Both the position numbers and the translations under genes were made by a program. DNA of 47,572 nucleotides, from the NCBI GenBank assembly GCA_041600755.1, contig JBFIJL010000005.1, positions 1-47,572 of the forward strand, in the 5' to 3' direction. Under the pieces are notes generated by a model. The model was not told where the DNA came from and did no database searches. It was given only the letters and a program-made list of their open reading frames with translations. Position 1 is the first letter of the stretch; each line of letters opens with the position of its first letter. The DNA is from Candidatus Saccharimonadales bacterium. GTDB taxonomy: Bacteria > Patescibacteriota > Saccharimonadia > Saccharimonadales > JAXHNE01. This document shows, piece after piece, positions 27,010 to 36,745 of the stretch.

Positions 27010-27708
27010 ATGTCAGAGGTCACTAATATTCCCAACCATCTCGGAATAATTCTGGATGGAAATCGGCGCTGGGCGAAGGCCAACGGTTCACCAACACTTG
27101 AGGGGCACCGTGAAGGTGCTGAGGTGTTCAAGACGATTGCACTGAGTACATTCGAGCGAGGGGTGAAATACCTGTCTGCTTTTGTGTTCTCGACCGAAAA
27201 TTGGTCACGTACCGAAGAAGAGGTCGGCTACCTTATGAAGTTGGTAACTAAGGCTGTTGAGAAATATTTAGATGATTTTCACGCAGCTGGAATTAAAATA
27301 GTTATCCTTGGAAGAAAACAGGGTATTCCAAAATCGGTTGCAACTGCGATTGCCCGCACCGAAGAAAAAACCAAAAATAATACATCGGGAACATTGGCGC
27401 TTTGTTTTAACTATGGTGGCGAGGAAGAGCTCGTGGATGCCTACAAGAAAGCACTTGATCAGGGTGTGAAAGCTGACGAGATGTCGAAGGAGAAATTGCT
27501 GGAGCTTTTGTATCTTGGTGATGAGGTGCCACCAGTGGATATGATTATTCGTACAAGTGGCGAGCAGCGTACTAGTGGCTTCATGTTGCTACGAGCTGCA
27601 TATGCAGAGCTATATTTTATTACTAAATTGTGGCCAGATTTTGCCCTAGCAGACATGCAAGATGCGCTAGAATGGTATGGTTCACGTCAACGGAGGTTTG
27701 GAAGTTAA
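27010..27708 (+). CDS. uppS: Undecaprenyl/polyprenyl diphosphate synthase
   Basis: HLGIILDGNRRWA, FSTENWSR..EEV, NYGG, DMIIRTSGEQRTSGF, LWPDF, RRFG. Confidence 0.97.
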   Translation: MSEVTNIPNHLGIILDGNRRWAKANGSPTLEGHREGAEVFKTIALSTFERGVKYLSAFVFSTENWSRTEEEVGYLMKLVTKAVEKYLDDFHAAGIKIVILGRKQGIPKSVATAIARTEEKTKNNTSGTLALCFNYGGEEELVDAYKKALDQGVKADEMSKEKLLELLYLGDEVPPVDMIIRTSGEQRTSGFMLLRAAYAELYFITKLWPDFALADMQDALEWYGSRQRRFGS

Positions 27709-27709
27709 T

Positions 27710-28825
27710 ATGGCTATACTATTTTTTGTTATTGGAATACTTTTGTTTGTTGGACTGGTTGTGGCGCATGAATTTGGTCACTACATTATGGCTAGACGAA
27801 ATGGCGTTGAGGTTGAGGAATTTGGCATTGGTTTTCCGCCTAGAGCCAAAGTACTCAAAGTAGTGAAGGGGACGGAGTATACGCTTAACTGGTTGCCGTT
27901 GGGTGGATTTGTGAAACTAAAAGGCGAGAGTGATGATGACCGCAGGAAAGGTAGTTTTGGGGCGGCGTCGCTAAAGACCAAGCTCAAAATAATGGTGGCC
28001 GGGGTGGTCATGAATCTTATTGCGGCTTTTGTGTTATTCACGGTAATTGCGGCCTTTGGAATGCCAAAGAGCAATCTTCAAGACTTACCGTTCTATGATC
28101 AGGAACAATTTACCGTTGCATCAGACACCCACATTGTAAAAAGTCAGACGCTCGTGAGCTTTGTGGCAGAGGATTCGCCGGCGGCTCGGGCTGGTCTTGA
28201 ATTCAATGACCAAATAGTAAGTCTTGCGGGAGAGCCGATCGATAATGGCGAAGAGCTTAAAAACTTTGTTGCAGAGCGAGCAGGTGAGTCAATTGAAGTT
28301 GTTTACAACAGAGGTGATGATATTAACAAGATGACAGTTGCAACGCTTAACACTGAGCGAACCGACACACAGGGCTTTATCGGCATTGGTACAAGCGACT
28401 CAATCATTTTCCGTTCAACCTGGTCGGCGCCAATTGTCGGTGCGGCAACCACAGCTCAGTACGTAGACGTGTCTTTCCGCGGTCTTGGGTATGTAATTTC
28501 AAGTCTTTTTAGGGGTGACACCAATCAAGCCACCGAGGCGGTTGGCGGCCCTGTTGCAACATTCAAGATTCTAAGCGACAGCTCGTCGCTTGGAATTATC
28601 TATGTGTTGTTTGTTATTGCGCTGATTTCTGTCAGCTTGGCTGTCATGAATATTTTGCCAATCCCAGCTCTTGATGGAGGCAGGGTATTCGTAACATTGT
28701 TGTTCCGAGCCATGAGGCGTCCGCTAACCAAGGACACAGAAGAGCGCATTCACGGCAGTGGTTTTGTGGCTTTGATGGTCCTGATTTTGCTCATAACAGT
28801 CGTCGATGTAAAAAGGTTCTTCTAA
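27710..28825 (+). CDS. rseP: Site-2 intramembrane zinc protease (M50) with PDZ domain
   Basis: HEFGH, FGIGFPP, LPLGGFV, AGVVMN, NILPIPALDGG; likely start is the ATG at 27710. Confidence 0.93.
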   Translation: MAILFFVIGILLFVGLVVAHEFGHYIMARRNGVEVEEFGIGFPPRAKVLKVVKGTEYTLNWLPLGGFVKLKGESDDDRRKGSFGAASLKTKLKIMVAGVVMNLIAAFVLFTVIAAFGMPKSNLQDLPFYDQEQFTVASDTHIVKSQTLVSFVAEDSPAARAGLEFNDQIVSLAGEPIDNGEELKNFVAERAGESIEVVYNRGDDINKMTVATLNTERTDTQGFIGIGTSDSIIFRSTWSAPIVGAATTAQYVDVSFRGLGYVISSLFRGDTNQATEAVGGPVATFKILSDSSSLGIIYVLFVIALISVSLAVMNILPIPALDGGRVFVTLLFRAMRRPLTKDTEERIHGSGFVALMVLILLITVVDVKRFF

Positions 28826-28833
28826 AAGTTCTC

Positions 28834-29616
28834 ATGAACACTGAAGAGCCTAAGGTTGAAGAGAAAAAGCCAAAACAAACCTCAATTCTCAATCCGTTTA
28901 TTGCGACGCCTGCAGTGTTTGCAATTTTTTTCGGAGCACAATTCCTGGCGGTTTTTATACTTGCTGGCATTGGGCTTTTGCAGGGAGTTGATCCACAGAG
29001 CTTAAGTACGTGGGTTTCTGGTAGTGTTCAAATGCAAGCCTTGGCGTATTTGTTGATTGTCTTGGTTGGATTGGGGTTGGTGAGCGCACTGCTGAAGCTT
29101 GTGCATACCACCTGGAAGGATATTGGGCTAACAAAGCCAAAGACAGGGCATATTTTGCCTGCAGTGATTGGCTACGGCTGGTATTTCTTGATTTTTATTG
29201 CCCTAAATGCAGCGTTTCGCTACTTCGCACCACAAATTGATTTTGACCAGCAGCAAGTTCTTGGGTTTAGCAGAGATGCAGTGGGGCTGTCGCTTCTTTT
29301 TATTGGCTTCTGTCTAGTCATTTTGCCCGCATTTTATGAAGAGATTTTAATGCGCGGCGTGTTTTTTACGGGGCTGCGCAGCATGTTGCCATTATGGGCG
29401 ACAATGCTGCTGGTCTCGGTGCTGTTTGGTGCGGCACATCTGGAGTGGATAGGCGAAAATCCGCTTAATTTCGCAGCTGCCATCGACACATTTGCACTAT
29501 CAATGGTGCTTGTGTACCTGCGCGAAACAAGCAAGAGTCTGTGGCCGGCTATATTTTTGCATGGCATAAAAAACTTCATTGCATTCTATCTCGTGTTTGT
29601 ACTCAAGATAGTTTAA
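28834..29616 (+). CDS. CPBP (CAAX/Abi) family intramembrane protease
   Basis: EEILMRG, LFGAAH, SLWPAIFLHGIKN; multi-TM. Confidence 0.92.
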   Translation: MNTEEPKVEEKKPKQTSILNPFIATPAVFAIFFGAQFLAVFILAGIGLLQGVDPQSLSTWVSGSVQMQALAYLLIVLVGLGLVSALLKLVHTTWKDIGLTKPKTGHILPAVIGYGWYFLIFIALNAAFRYFAPQIDFDQQQVLGFSRDAVGLSLLFIGFCLVILPAFYEEILMRGVFFTGLRSMLPLWATMLLVSVLFGAAHLEWIGENPLNFAAAIDTFALSMVLVYLRETSKSLWPAIFLHGIKNFIAFYLVFVLKIV

Positions 29617-29631
29617 ACGTAGAATAGATTC

Positions 29632-30882
29632 ATGAAACGAACACAATTATTTACTAAGGTGCGAAAAGACGTACCAGCCGATGAAGCCGCAAAGAATGCA
29701 CAACTTCTACTTCAAGCCGGTTTTATTCATAAAGAAATGGCCGGAGTTTACGCGTATTTGCCGCTTGGTGTTTTGGTCCTTGAGAATATCAAGAATATTA
29801 TTCGTGAAGAGATGAACGCTGTTGGTGGGCAAGAGTTGATGATGACCGCGCTACAGCCAAAAGATATCTGGGTTAAGACCGATCGTTGGGACGATGCAAA
29901 AGTCGACAACTGGTTTAAGACCAAGCTGGCGAACGGCACCGAGCTCGGTGTGGGTTTAACGCACGAAGAGCCAATTGTCGATGTGCTTAAGGACTACGTG
30001 AGCTCGTACAAAGACTTGCCAATATCGGTCTATCAGATTCAAACCAAGTTCAGAAATGAGCTACGTGCCAAGAGTGGGCTAATGCGTGGACGAGAGTTCA
30101 TCATGAAAGATATGTATACTTTTGCACGAACTGAAGAAGAGCATCTGGCACTATATGAAAACATTGCCGCAGCATACGTACGAGTCTATGATCGCCTGGG
30201 GATTGGCAAAGAAACCTATCGAACTTTTGCTGACGGTGGTATTTTTACCAATAAATTTAGTGATGAATTCCAGACTGTTAGCGAGGTGGGCGAAGATACG
30301 ATATATGTCGACGAAGAGAAACGAATAGCTATCAATGAAGAAATCTACAATGATGCTAATTTAGCAAAAGTCGGACTAGATAAGGCTAAATTAGTCAAAA
30401 AACGTGGCGTTGAGGTCGGAAATATTTTTCCATTGGAGTCGAAGTATACAGATGCATTGGATGTGTATTTTACAGATGAGAACGGCAAACAACAGTCGAT
30501 TATTGCTGGCTGTTATGGGATAGGCGTTTCCAGAGTTATGGGTATGATTGCAGAGCAATTCGCGGATGAACGTGGTCTCGTATGGCCAGAAAATGTTGCA
30601 CCATTTCGAGTATATTTAGCCCCTCTCGACAGTGAAGGTCCGGTAGCCGATATGGCTAAAAATTTATATGATGACTTGCAAAATCGTGGCATTTCGGTAA
30701 TCTATGATGACCGTGATGTGCGACCAGGGCAGAAATTTGCGGAAGCTGATTTGCTCGGAATTCCGCATCGCGTCGTAATTAGCAAAAAGACTATAGAAAA
30801 ATCTCAAATAGAGTATAAAAAGCGGACAGAATCACAAGCAGAGATGCTGAGTGTTGAAGAGTTCATTTCCAGACTAGTTTAA
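29632..30882 (+). CDS. proS: Proline--tRNA ligase (short form, no INS editing domain)
   Basis: LLLQAGFI, G.YAYLPLG, THEE, YQIQTKFRNELR...GLMRGREFIMKD, GCYGIGVSR; anticodon domain DDR...G.KF. Confidence 0.96.
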   Translation: MKRTQLFTKVRKDVPADEAAKNAQLLLQAGFIHKEMAGVYAYLPLGVLVLENIKNIIREEMNAVGGQELMMTALQPKDIWVKTDRWDDAKVDNWFKTKLANGTELGVGLTHEEPIVDVLKDYVSSYKDLPISVYQIQTKFRNELRAKSGLMRGREFIMKDMYTFARTEEEHLALYENIAAAYVRVYDRLGIGKETYRTFADGGIFTNKFSDEFQTVSEVGEDTIYVDEEKRIAINEEIYNDANLAKVGLDKAKLVKKRGVEVGNIFPLESKYTDALDVYFTDENGKQQSIIAGCYGIGVSRVMGMIAEQFADERGLVWPENVAPFRVYLAPLDSEGPVADMAKNLYDDLQNRGISVIYDDRDVRPGQKFAEADLLGIPHRVVISKKTIEKSQIEYKKRTESQAEMLSVEEFISRLV

Positions 30883-30950
30883 CCGATACAATTGCTATAC
30901 TAAGGGCAATCCTGAGCAACATGCAATAGTACCAAAAGGAGCAGAAATAC

Positions 30951-31409
30951 ATGCAAAAGCAATTTCATTTGACCAAAGAAGGAGTCGACGAACTAACCAA
31001 AGAGCTTGAAGCGCTTATTAGTGGTCGCGCAGAAATCATTGATCGTATTAAAACCGCCAGGGAATTTGGTGATTTGAGCGAAAACGCAGAGTACGCATCA
31101 GCACGAGAAGATCAAGGCAAGACAGAGGCACGGATTGCTGAAATAGAAAACATTCTTAAGAACGTGGAAGTTATTGCCAAGCCAAAAAATGCAAGCATTG
31201 TTGAGCTTGGCAATACCGTTGCACTTAAGAGCGCTAAAGTCTCAAAAGAATTCACAATCGTTGGATCTGTTGAAGCCGATCCAATGAACGGTCGCATATC
31301 TGATGAGTCACCAATAGGACAGGCGCTGCTTGGCAAAAAACTGGGTGATGATGTAGAGATCAAAACTCCAGCAGAGACCATCAACTACACAATTGAATCA
31401 ATTAAATAG
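30951..31409 (+). CDS. greA: Transcription elongation factor GreA
   Basis: LT.EG, AREFGDLSENAEY, IVG..EADP, ISDESPIGQALLG. Confidence 0.98.
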   Translation: MQKQFHLTKEGVDELTKELEALISGRAEIIDRIKTAREFGDLSENAEYASAREDQGKTEARIAEIENILKNVEVIAKPKNASIVELGNTVALKSAKVSKEFTIVGSVEADPMNGRISDESPIGQALLGKKLGDDVEIKTPAETINYTIESIK

Positions 31410-31466
31410 TCGCATAAGCGAGTACGGCATTCACTATCTGGGGTAATTCCTGTAAACTGGTTCAAT

Positions 31467-32993
31467 ATGGCTACATTAAAAGAACTGCGCGATGAGCGCT
31501 TACGGAAACTCGAAGATTTAAAAAACCTTGGCGTTAAGCTTTACCCAGCGGGTGTAAGCCGGACACATAAACTTCAATCTATTCATGATGACTTTGAGTC
31601 ACTTGAAAATCAAGAAGTGACTGTAGTTGGACGCGTGAAGTCAATTCGAAAATTTGGAAAACTAGCTTTTGTTGTGATTCGCGATGAAACAGCTGACGTC
31701 CAATTGTTTATCAAAAAAGGCGACTCTGCCGACGAAGCAAATCGTGAAAATGCAGAACTTCTTATGCCATCAGAAATAAGCTTGCTTGATAGCGGTGATT
31801 TTGTGGAGTGTTTAGGAGAGGTTATAAAGACACAGACAGGCGAGATATCTGTTCATTGCCGTAAGTTGCGCCTGCTGACTAAAAGTTTACGCCCACTTCC
31901 AACCGACCAAGATGGCTTTACCGACAAAGAGCAGCGTTTGCGCCGACGCTATGTTGATATGAACGTCAATACCGATGTCCGTGAACGATTTATGCGTCGA
32001 AGTGCATTTTGGCAGGCAACGAGAGATTTTTTGAATTCCGAAGGATTTACTGAGATCAATATTCCTGTACTAGAACACACTACTGGTGGAGCCGATGCAA
32101 ATCCTTTCGTGACGCATATGGATGCGCTTGACCAAGATTTCTACTTACGTATTAGTCATGAACTACCCCTCAAGCGACTGCTCGGTGCCGGATTTGAAAA
32201 AGTCTACGATATTGGCCCACGCTTCCGTAATGAAAATTACAGCGACGAACACTTACCAGAGCATACTGCCATGGAATGGTACTGGGCATATGCAAACTGG
32301 GAAGATGGAATGAAACTCACTCAGCGCATGGTGCGTTCAATTGCTGACAAAACCTGGGGAACAAGACAGTTCACCACACCAAGCGGCATGTCTATCGACC
32401 TTGGATCGGACGATCAGGATTGGCCTCGCATAAGCTTCGTTGATCTATTGCAAGAAAAATACGGCATTGATGTGCATACGTGTACTCTTGAGCAAGCCGT
32501 AGAGCAGCTCAAAAAAGCTGGCGGCGAAGTTGAGAAAATCGAAAACCGTGCCCGCGTAATTGATAAATTGTGGAAACTGGAGCGAGTAAAGATTGCTGGT
32601 CCAGCGTTCTTGGTTGATGTTCCTGAATTTTTACAACCACTAGCCAAGACGCAGGCTGGAGACGCTCGATTGAGTGAGCAGTTTAACCTGATGCTTGGGG
32701 GCACCGAAGCTTGTAAGGCATACTCAGAGCTCAATGATCCGATTGATCAATACGGCAGATTCGTCACTCAGCAACAGATGCGTGAAGCTGGCGACGATGA
32801 AGCCATGATGATGGATATAGACTTTATCGAAATGCTTGAGTACGGCATGCCTCCAGCCTGTGGCTACGGCAATAGCGAACGATTATTCTGGCTACTTGAG
32901 GGCGTTACCGCACGCGAAGGTGTGCCGTTCCCTCAACTCAGGCACGAAATTGACGACCTCACCAAATCAATCTATCCAGATATGCCTGTCTAG
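31467..32993 (+). CDS. lysS: Lysine--tRNA ligase (class II)
   Basis: OB fold, RRRYVD, GGADANPF.TH, YLRISHEL.LKRL, FRNE, YSELNDP, LEYGMPP. Confidence 0.97.
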   Translation: MATLKELRDERLRKLEDLKNLGVKLYPAGVSRTHKLQSIHDDFESLENQEVTVVGRVKSIRKFGKLAFVVIRDETADVQLFIKKGDSADEANRENAELLMPSEISLLDSGDFVECLGEVIKTQTGEISVHCRKLRLLTKSLRPLPTDQDGFTDKEQRLRRRYVDMNVNTDVRERFMRRSAFWQATRDFLNSEGFTEINIPVLEHTTGGADANPFVTHMDALDQDFYLRISHELPLKRLLGAGFEKVYDIGPRFRNENYSDEHLPEHTAMEWYWAYANWEDGMKLTQRMVRSIADKTWGTRQFTTPSGMSIDLGSDDQDWPRISFVDLLQEKYGIDVHTCTLEQAVEQLKKAGGEVEKIENRARVIDKLWKLERVKIAGPAFLVDVPEFLQPLAKTQAGDARLSEQFNLMLGGTEACKAYSELNDPIDQYGRFVTQQQMREAGDDEAMMMDIDFIEMLEYGMPPACGYGNSERLFWLLEGVTAREGVPFPQLRHEIDDLTKSIYPDMPV

Positions 32994-33011
32994 TGGTATA
33001 GTACGTGCATT

Positions 33012-33989
33012 ATGGCTACAAAGACACCTACACCCAAGAAGAAGACAGCAACTAAGGCTACGGCTACTAAGAAGACTGTAAAATCAGCAAAAAAGGCTGC
33101 GCCGAAGAAAGTGGCAGCTGCAAAAGCAAAAACCGTTAAAAAATCTACTACTAAGAAAGCTACACCAAAAAAGACTGTCAGAAAGGCAGCAATCTCAAAG
33201 GCTAAAGTGGTGTCAACTGTAAAAGTTAGTTCACCCCTAATGAATATGCGTAAGTTTAATATTTTTAGTGCACTCCTGCTTGCAGTTGGAGCTGGCTTGA
33301 TTGTGGCTTATGGGAATGAGCTACTTACTAGCTTTACTTCAAGCTACCTCGCAGAAAATGCACTTACTGAATCTGGTGAATTGTTGCCAGCTGTGCGTGA
33401 ACTATTTAGTATAAATCTAAGCTACTTAATTGCTGGCGTGCTAGGAGCGGCTGCAGTATGGCGTGCACTATTAGCTACGTCACTACGTGAACGTTACGAA
33501 GCGCAGGTAGACCGCAAACTTACAAGTTTGAATTGGATTGAATTGGGAGTATTTGGTCCATGGATCGTCGCTATAATTGCGTCACTCACAGGTGTTCGCG
33601 ATATTATGACTTTGCTGCTTATTGGTGGAGTGGTGTCCGTAACTGCAGTACTTGGCTACTTGAGCGACAGATACAACATGCTTACAAATCGATCAGTGCT
33701 CAAGAATAAGATTGCAATCGACGCAGTCATGCTGCCTTGGTTTGTCATTGCTGTATCGCTAACCCACACGTACATTTATGGAATGATCAACTTGTCATCT
33801 GCCGTCTATGGACTTATTGCGCTCGGATTGTTGGTTTATGTTGCACTTGCGTTAGCACACAAAAAGCAGATTGCTGCGACTGGAAGATTTGCAGAATTCA
33901 TCTTTGGTGAAAAGGTCATAGCTACAATGCATGTGTTGCTGCTTGCGGTGATTGCTGCAATACCGTTTCTATCGAGTTTAACTTCTTAA
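33012..33989 (+). CDS. Heliorhodopsin-like 7-TM protein lacking the Schiff-base Lys, with N-terminal Lys/Ala/Thr-rich (histone H1-like) tail
   Basis: Colinear by-eye match to heliorhodopsin motifs: KFN, RY....., NWIEL (RWxEY), IIA.LTG..D...L, LGYLSDRY, PW, VYG, G.F....GE. The SLVAK-equivalent reads HVLLL. Confidence 0.72.
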   Translation: MATKTPTPKKKTATKATATKKTVKSAKKAAPKKVAAAKAKTVKKSTTKKATPKKTVRKAAISKAKVVSTVKVSSPLMNMRKFNIFSALLLAVGAGLIVAYGNELLTSFTSSYLAENALTESGELLPAVRELFSINLSYLIAGVLGAAAVWRALLATSLRERYEAQVDRKLTSLNWIELGVFGPWIVAIIASLTGVRDIMTLLLIGGVVSVTAVLGYLSDRYNMLTNRSVLKNKIAIDAVMLPWFVIAVSLTHTYIYGMINLSSAVYGLIALGLLVYVALALAHKKQIAATGRFAEFIFGEKVIATMHVLLLAVIAAIPFLSSLTS

Positions 33990-34035
33990 TAAAAAAGACG
34001 GGTGAGGGCATGTGGGGTGTTGACGGGTTTCTAGT

Positions 34036-36045
34036 ATGACTAAAAAGAAGATAAGTCAAAGTTCCGCGCGCCCTAAAGCCCATAGAAAAAAGCACCACAA
34101 ACCATTCAGAAATAGGCACGTTGTCTTGCTCGTACTTGGGCTTGTCATTGTGGCGATTTCTTTGTATAAACTTGGCGCCTACCAAACACAGACACACTTT
34201 AGGCAGGATGTTGTGGACCAAGCCACAGATGAGTACGCTCCGATTGAGCTGAGCTCGGATTACGGATTTACTACTTTGTTTGATGATAGGGTTTTTGATG
34301 TCGAGTATCTAGACGAGGGCAGTGCACATGTCGCGACGAAGTCCCGCCACCTAGATAAAACGGTGATGCAGCTTACGCTTACGGCTAGGCCAGAGGACGT
34401 CTATCCACGAGACGCAGCTTTGCGAATTCAAATTTTAGTTGATACTGAGCTGCCAATCGCCGATGAAAGTTTTTTGGTTCAAGAGGTAGAAAGCAAACAA
34501 GTTCTTGTTGGCGGCTCAAATGCATCGCATCGCATCTTTTCGTTGACACCTCAAACCGGCACAATTAAAAGTTTGACCTACGTTCACCAGTGGCTTATAG
34601 AAGGCGATGAGCATGTAGTAGAGATCCGAGCTGAAGGATTGAGCGAGAAAGCTCTGCCGGCTGTTGCAGGCAAGGTTATTGCAGACTTTTCATTCCACGG
34701 ATCAGTGCTTGGGGCGAAAACCGGAAGCTTTGCTGCTGGTATTTTGTCATCAACAGCCCTTGCGGCGTCGCCCCAAAATGATTATGTGATTGATGCTGTT
34801 TCACCGGCGGTGGTGAAGCTGTATCACATTACTTGTGGGAAGTTGATCGTGTTTGGTGAGCCTTTAACAAGTGAATCTTGTCAGGTGACAACAGGTAGTG
34901 GATTTTTTGTGTCATCGGATGGCTACATTGCCACTAATGGGCATGTTGTAGTTAACCAGCCGGAAGATATATTTGTTAAAGTTTTGTTGGCTGATCCTGG
35001 CTCGTTGGCAACTTTCTTGAATGGTGCTGGACTGACGGGATCTGAAATTTCAGGTATTTCTAAAAACCCAGTTCTTCTGGCATCAATAATTTCAAAAGTC
35101 TACGATTTGCCAGATGCAGCTATTCAGCTTGAGAACGAAACTCATAGTTATTTCGCGGCACTTGGCCAGGAGCCACTTCGCATTGAATCTATTGAAGACG
35201 CACAAAACATCCGGAATTTTCAGGGTCGAAATAGTCTGCAGCCCGTACAGCTTATTGCCAAGAATTATGCTAGCAAAGACGTGTACAGCGTCTCGGCAGG
35301 TGAAGGCTTTAGCGCAAGTGATGTCGCATTGCTCAAGGTTGATATAGATGATACGCCGTTCATTCGACTGTTTGATAAATCTGTGACACAGAACATGGCG
35401 ATTAGTATTGTTGGCTTTCCAGGTGACGCAGAGAACTTCTTGATTGATAAATCAGAACTCGCAACAACCATAACGAATGGATCGATAAGTGCAATTCGCG
35501 GCTCGTCTGGCAGCAGCGACTACACTCTCTATCAATCAGATGCCGATGCCTCACAAGGTAACAGTGGCGGTCCAGTGTTAACTGCTGCCGGACAGGCGAT
35601 AGGGTTGCTGACGTATCGCTATCAAAGCAGTGAACAAACAGATGCAGCCAAGAGCTATATCCGCGATATCAATGATCTTGCTAAGTTGGCGCGAGTAAAT
35701 AATGTAGTTTTTAAATTTGATGGAGTGACGCAGTCTTCATGGGAGACTGGGCTTGAGCTTTATGCAACAAATCGTTATTCAAAAGCACTGGTTGAGTTTC
35801 GGAAAGTTGCTGACTCATATCCGTCACATCGGCTTGTAGGTAGTTATATTCTGGATGCCGAAAAGGCCGTTGCCCAAGGTCGTGACGTGCAAGATACGCC
35901 AGCATTGCTGGTGGTTGGGGCGGTGATTGGAATGTTTGGGGCCGTTTCCGCAGTTGTCTTGATTGCGAGGCAGCACGGAAATCATCAGTTGTTTAAGTTG
36001 ACACACGTTAAGTCTACAGATAAACAGCCACATCCTGCTGTATAA
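34036..36045 (+). CDS. Membrane-anchored trypsin-like (S1) serine protease without PDZ
   Basis: TGSGFFVSSDGYIATNGHVV, DVALLK, SQGNSGGP; TM helices near both termini. Confidence 0.9.
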   Translation: MTKKKISQSSARPKAHRKKHHKPFRNRHVVLLVLGLVIVAISLYKLGAYQTQTHFRQDVVDQATDEYAPIELSSDYGFTTLFDDRVFDVEYLDEGSAHVATKSRHLDKTVMQLTLTARPEDVYPRDAALRIQILVDTELPIADESFLVQEVESKQVLVGGSNASHRIFSLTPQTGTIKSLTYVHQWLIEGDEHVVEIRAEGLSEKALPAVAGKVIADFSFHGSVLGAKTGSFAAGILSSTALAASPQNDYVIDAVSPAVVKLYHITCGKLIVFGEPLTSESCQVTTGSGFFVSSDGYIATNGHVVVNQPEDIFVKVLLADPGSLATFLNGAGLTGSEISGISKNPVLLASIISKVYDLPDAAIQLENETHSYFAALGQEPLRIESIEDAQNIRNFQGRNSLQPVQLIAKNYASKDVYSVSAGEGFSASDVALLKVDIDDTPFIRLFDKSVTQNMAISIVGFPGDAENFLIDKSELATTITNGSISAIRGSSGSSDYTLYQSDADASQGNSGGPVLTAAGQAIGLLTYRYQSSEQTDAAKSYIRDINDLAKLARVNNVVFKFDGVTQSSWETGLELYATNRYSKALVEFRKVADSYPSHRLVGSYILDAEKAVAQGRDVQDTPALLVVGAVIGMFGAVSAVVLIARQHGNHQLFKLTHVKSTDKQPHPAV

Positions 36046-36052
36046 TATAAAC

Positions 36053-36739
36053 ATGCGATTACACAGATTCTTTGTAGGCGATGAACGAAAGCTCACACAT
36101 GATTTTTGGATTAATGATTCCGCTTTGATTCATCAGTGGCAAAAAGTTTTCCGACTAGCAGCAGGCGCAGAAGTTGTGTTGTTTGATGGCAAAGATCATG
36201 ATCGCCTGTATCAGATTGCCAAGTTCGAACCCGGTGGCGTTCATCTTAAGCACGTGACCGATTTTGAACGAGTAGTGCCACAGAAGCATGTGTATTTGTT
36301 GTGGTCACTGCTCAAAAAAGATAAAAATGACTGGATTATTCAAAAAGCTACAGAGCTCGGTGTCAGTCATTTTTGGCCGGTTATCACAAAGCGCTCTGAG
36401 CAGCCACGGTTTGACATGGAGCGTGCTAAGAAAATTGCAATAGAGGCTGCAGAGCAGTGTGGACGGAGCGACATTCCAACTATTAGGGAGCCAGAATTAC
36501 TGCAAACTGCAATTGATAATTTTAGCAGTATTGGTGAGCTGTTTGTCTGTCAGCAGGGGCACGAGAATCAAACAATTGAAGCTGAAACGATTGGAATTTT
36601 AGTCGGCCCAGAAGGCGGTTGGGCAGGAAATGAACTTGAACAGTTTAAAACTAGTGAAATCAAGCACCTAGGTCTTGGTGAGTTCACGCTTCGTGCCGAA
36701 ACCGCCGCGATTGTAGCAAGTACTGTAGTGTTACAATAG
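36053..36739 (+). CDS. rsmE: 16S rRNA m3U1498 methyltransferase
   Basis: KVFRL, QKATELGV, EAAEQCGR, VGPEGGW, LG...LRAETA. Confidence 0.96.
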   Translation: MRLHRFFVGDERKLTHDFWINDSALIHQWQKVFRLAAGAEVVLFDGKDHDRLYQIAKFEPGGVHLKHVTDFERVVPQKHVYLLWSLLKKDKNDWIIQKATELGVSHFWPVITKRSEQPRFDMERAKKIAIEAAEQCGRSDIPTIREPELLQTAIDNFSSIGELFVCQQGHENQTIEAETIGILVGPEGGWAGNELEQFKTSEIKHLGLGEFTLRAETAAIVASTVVLQ

Positions 36740-36745
36740 GTCTCT

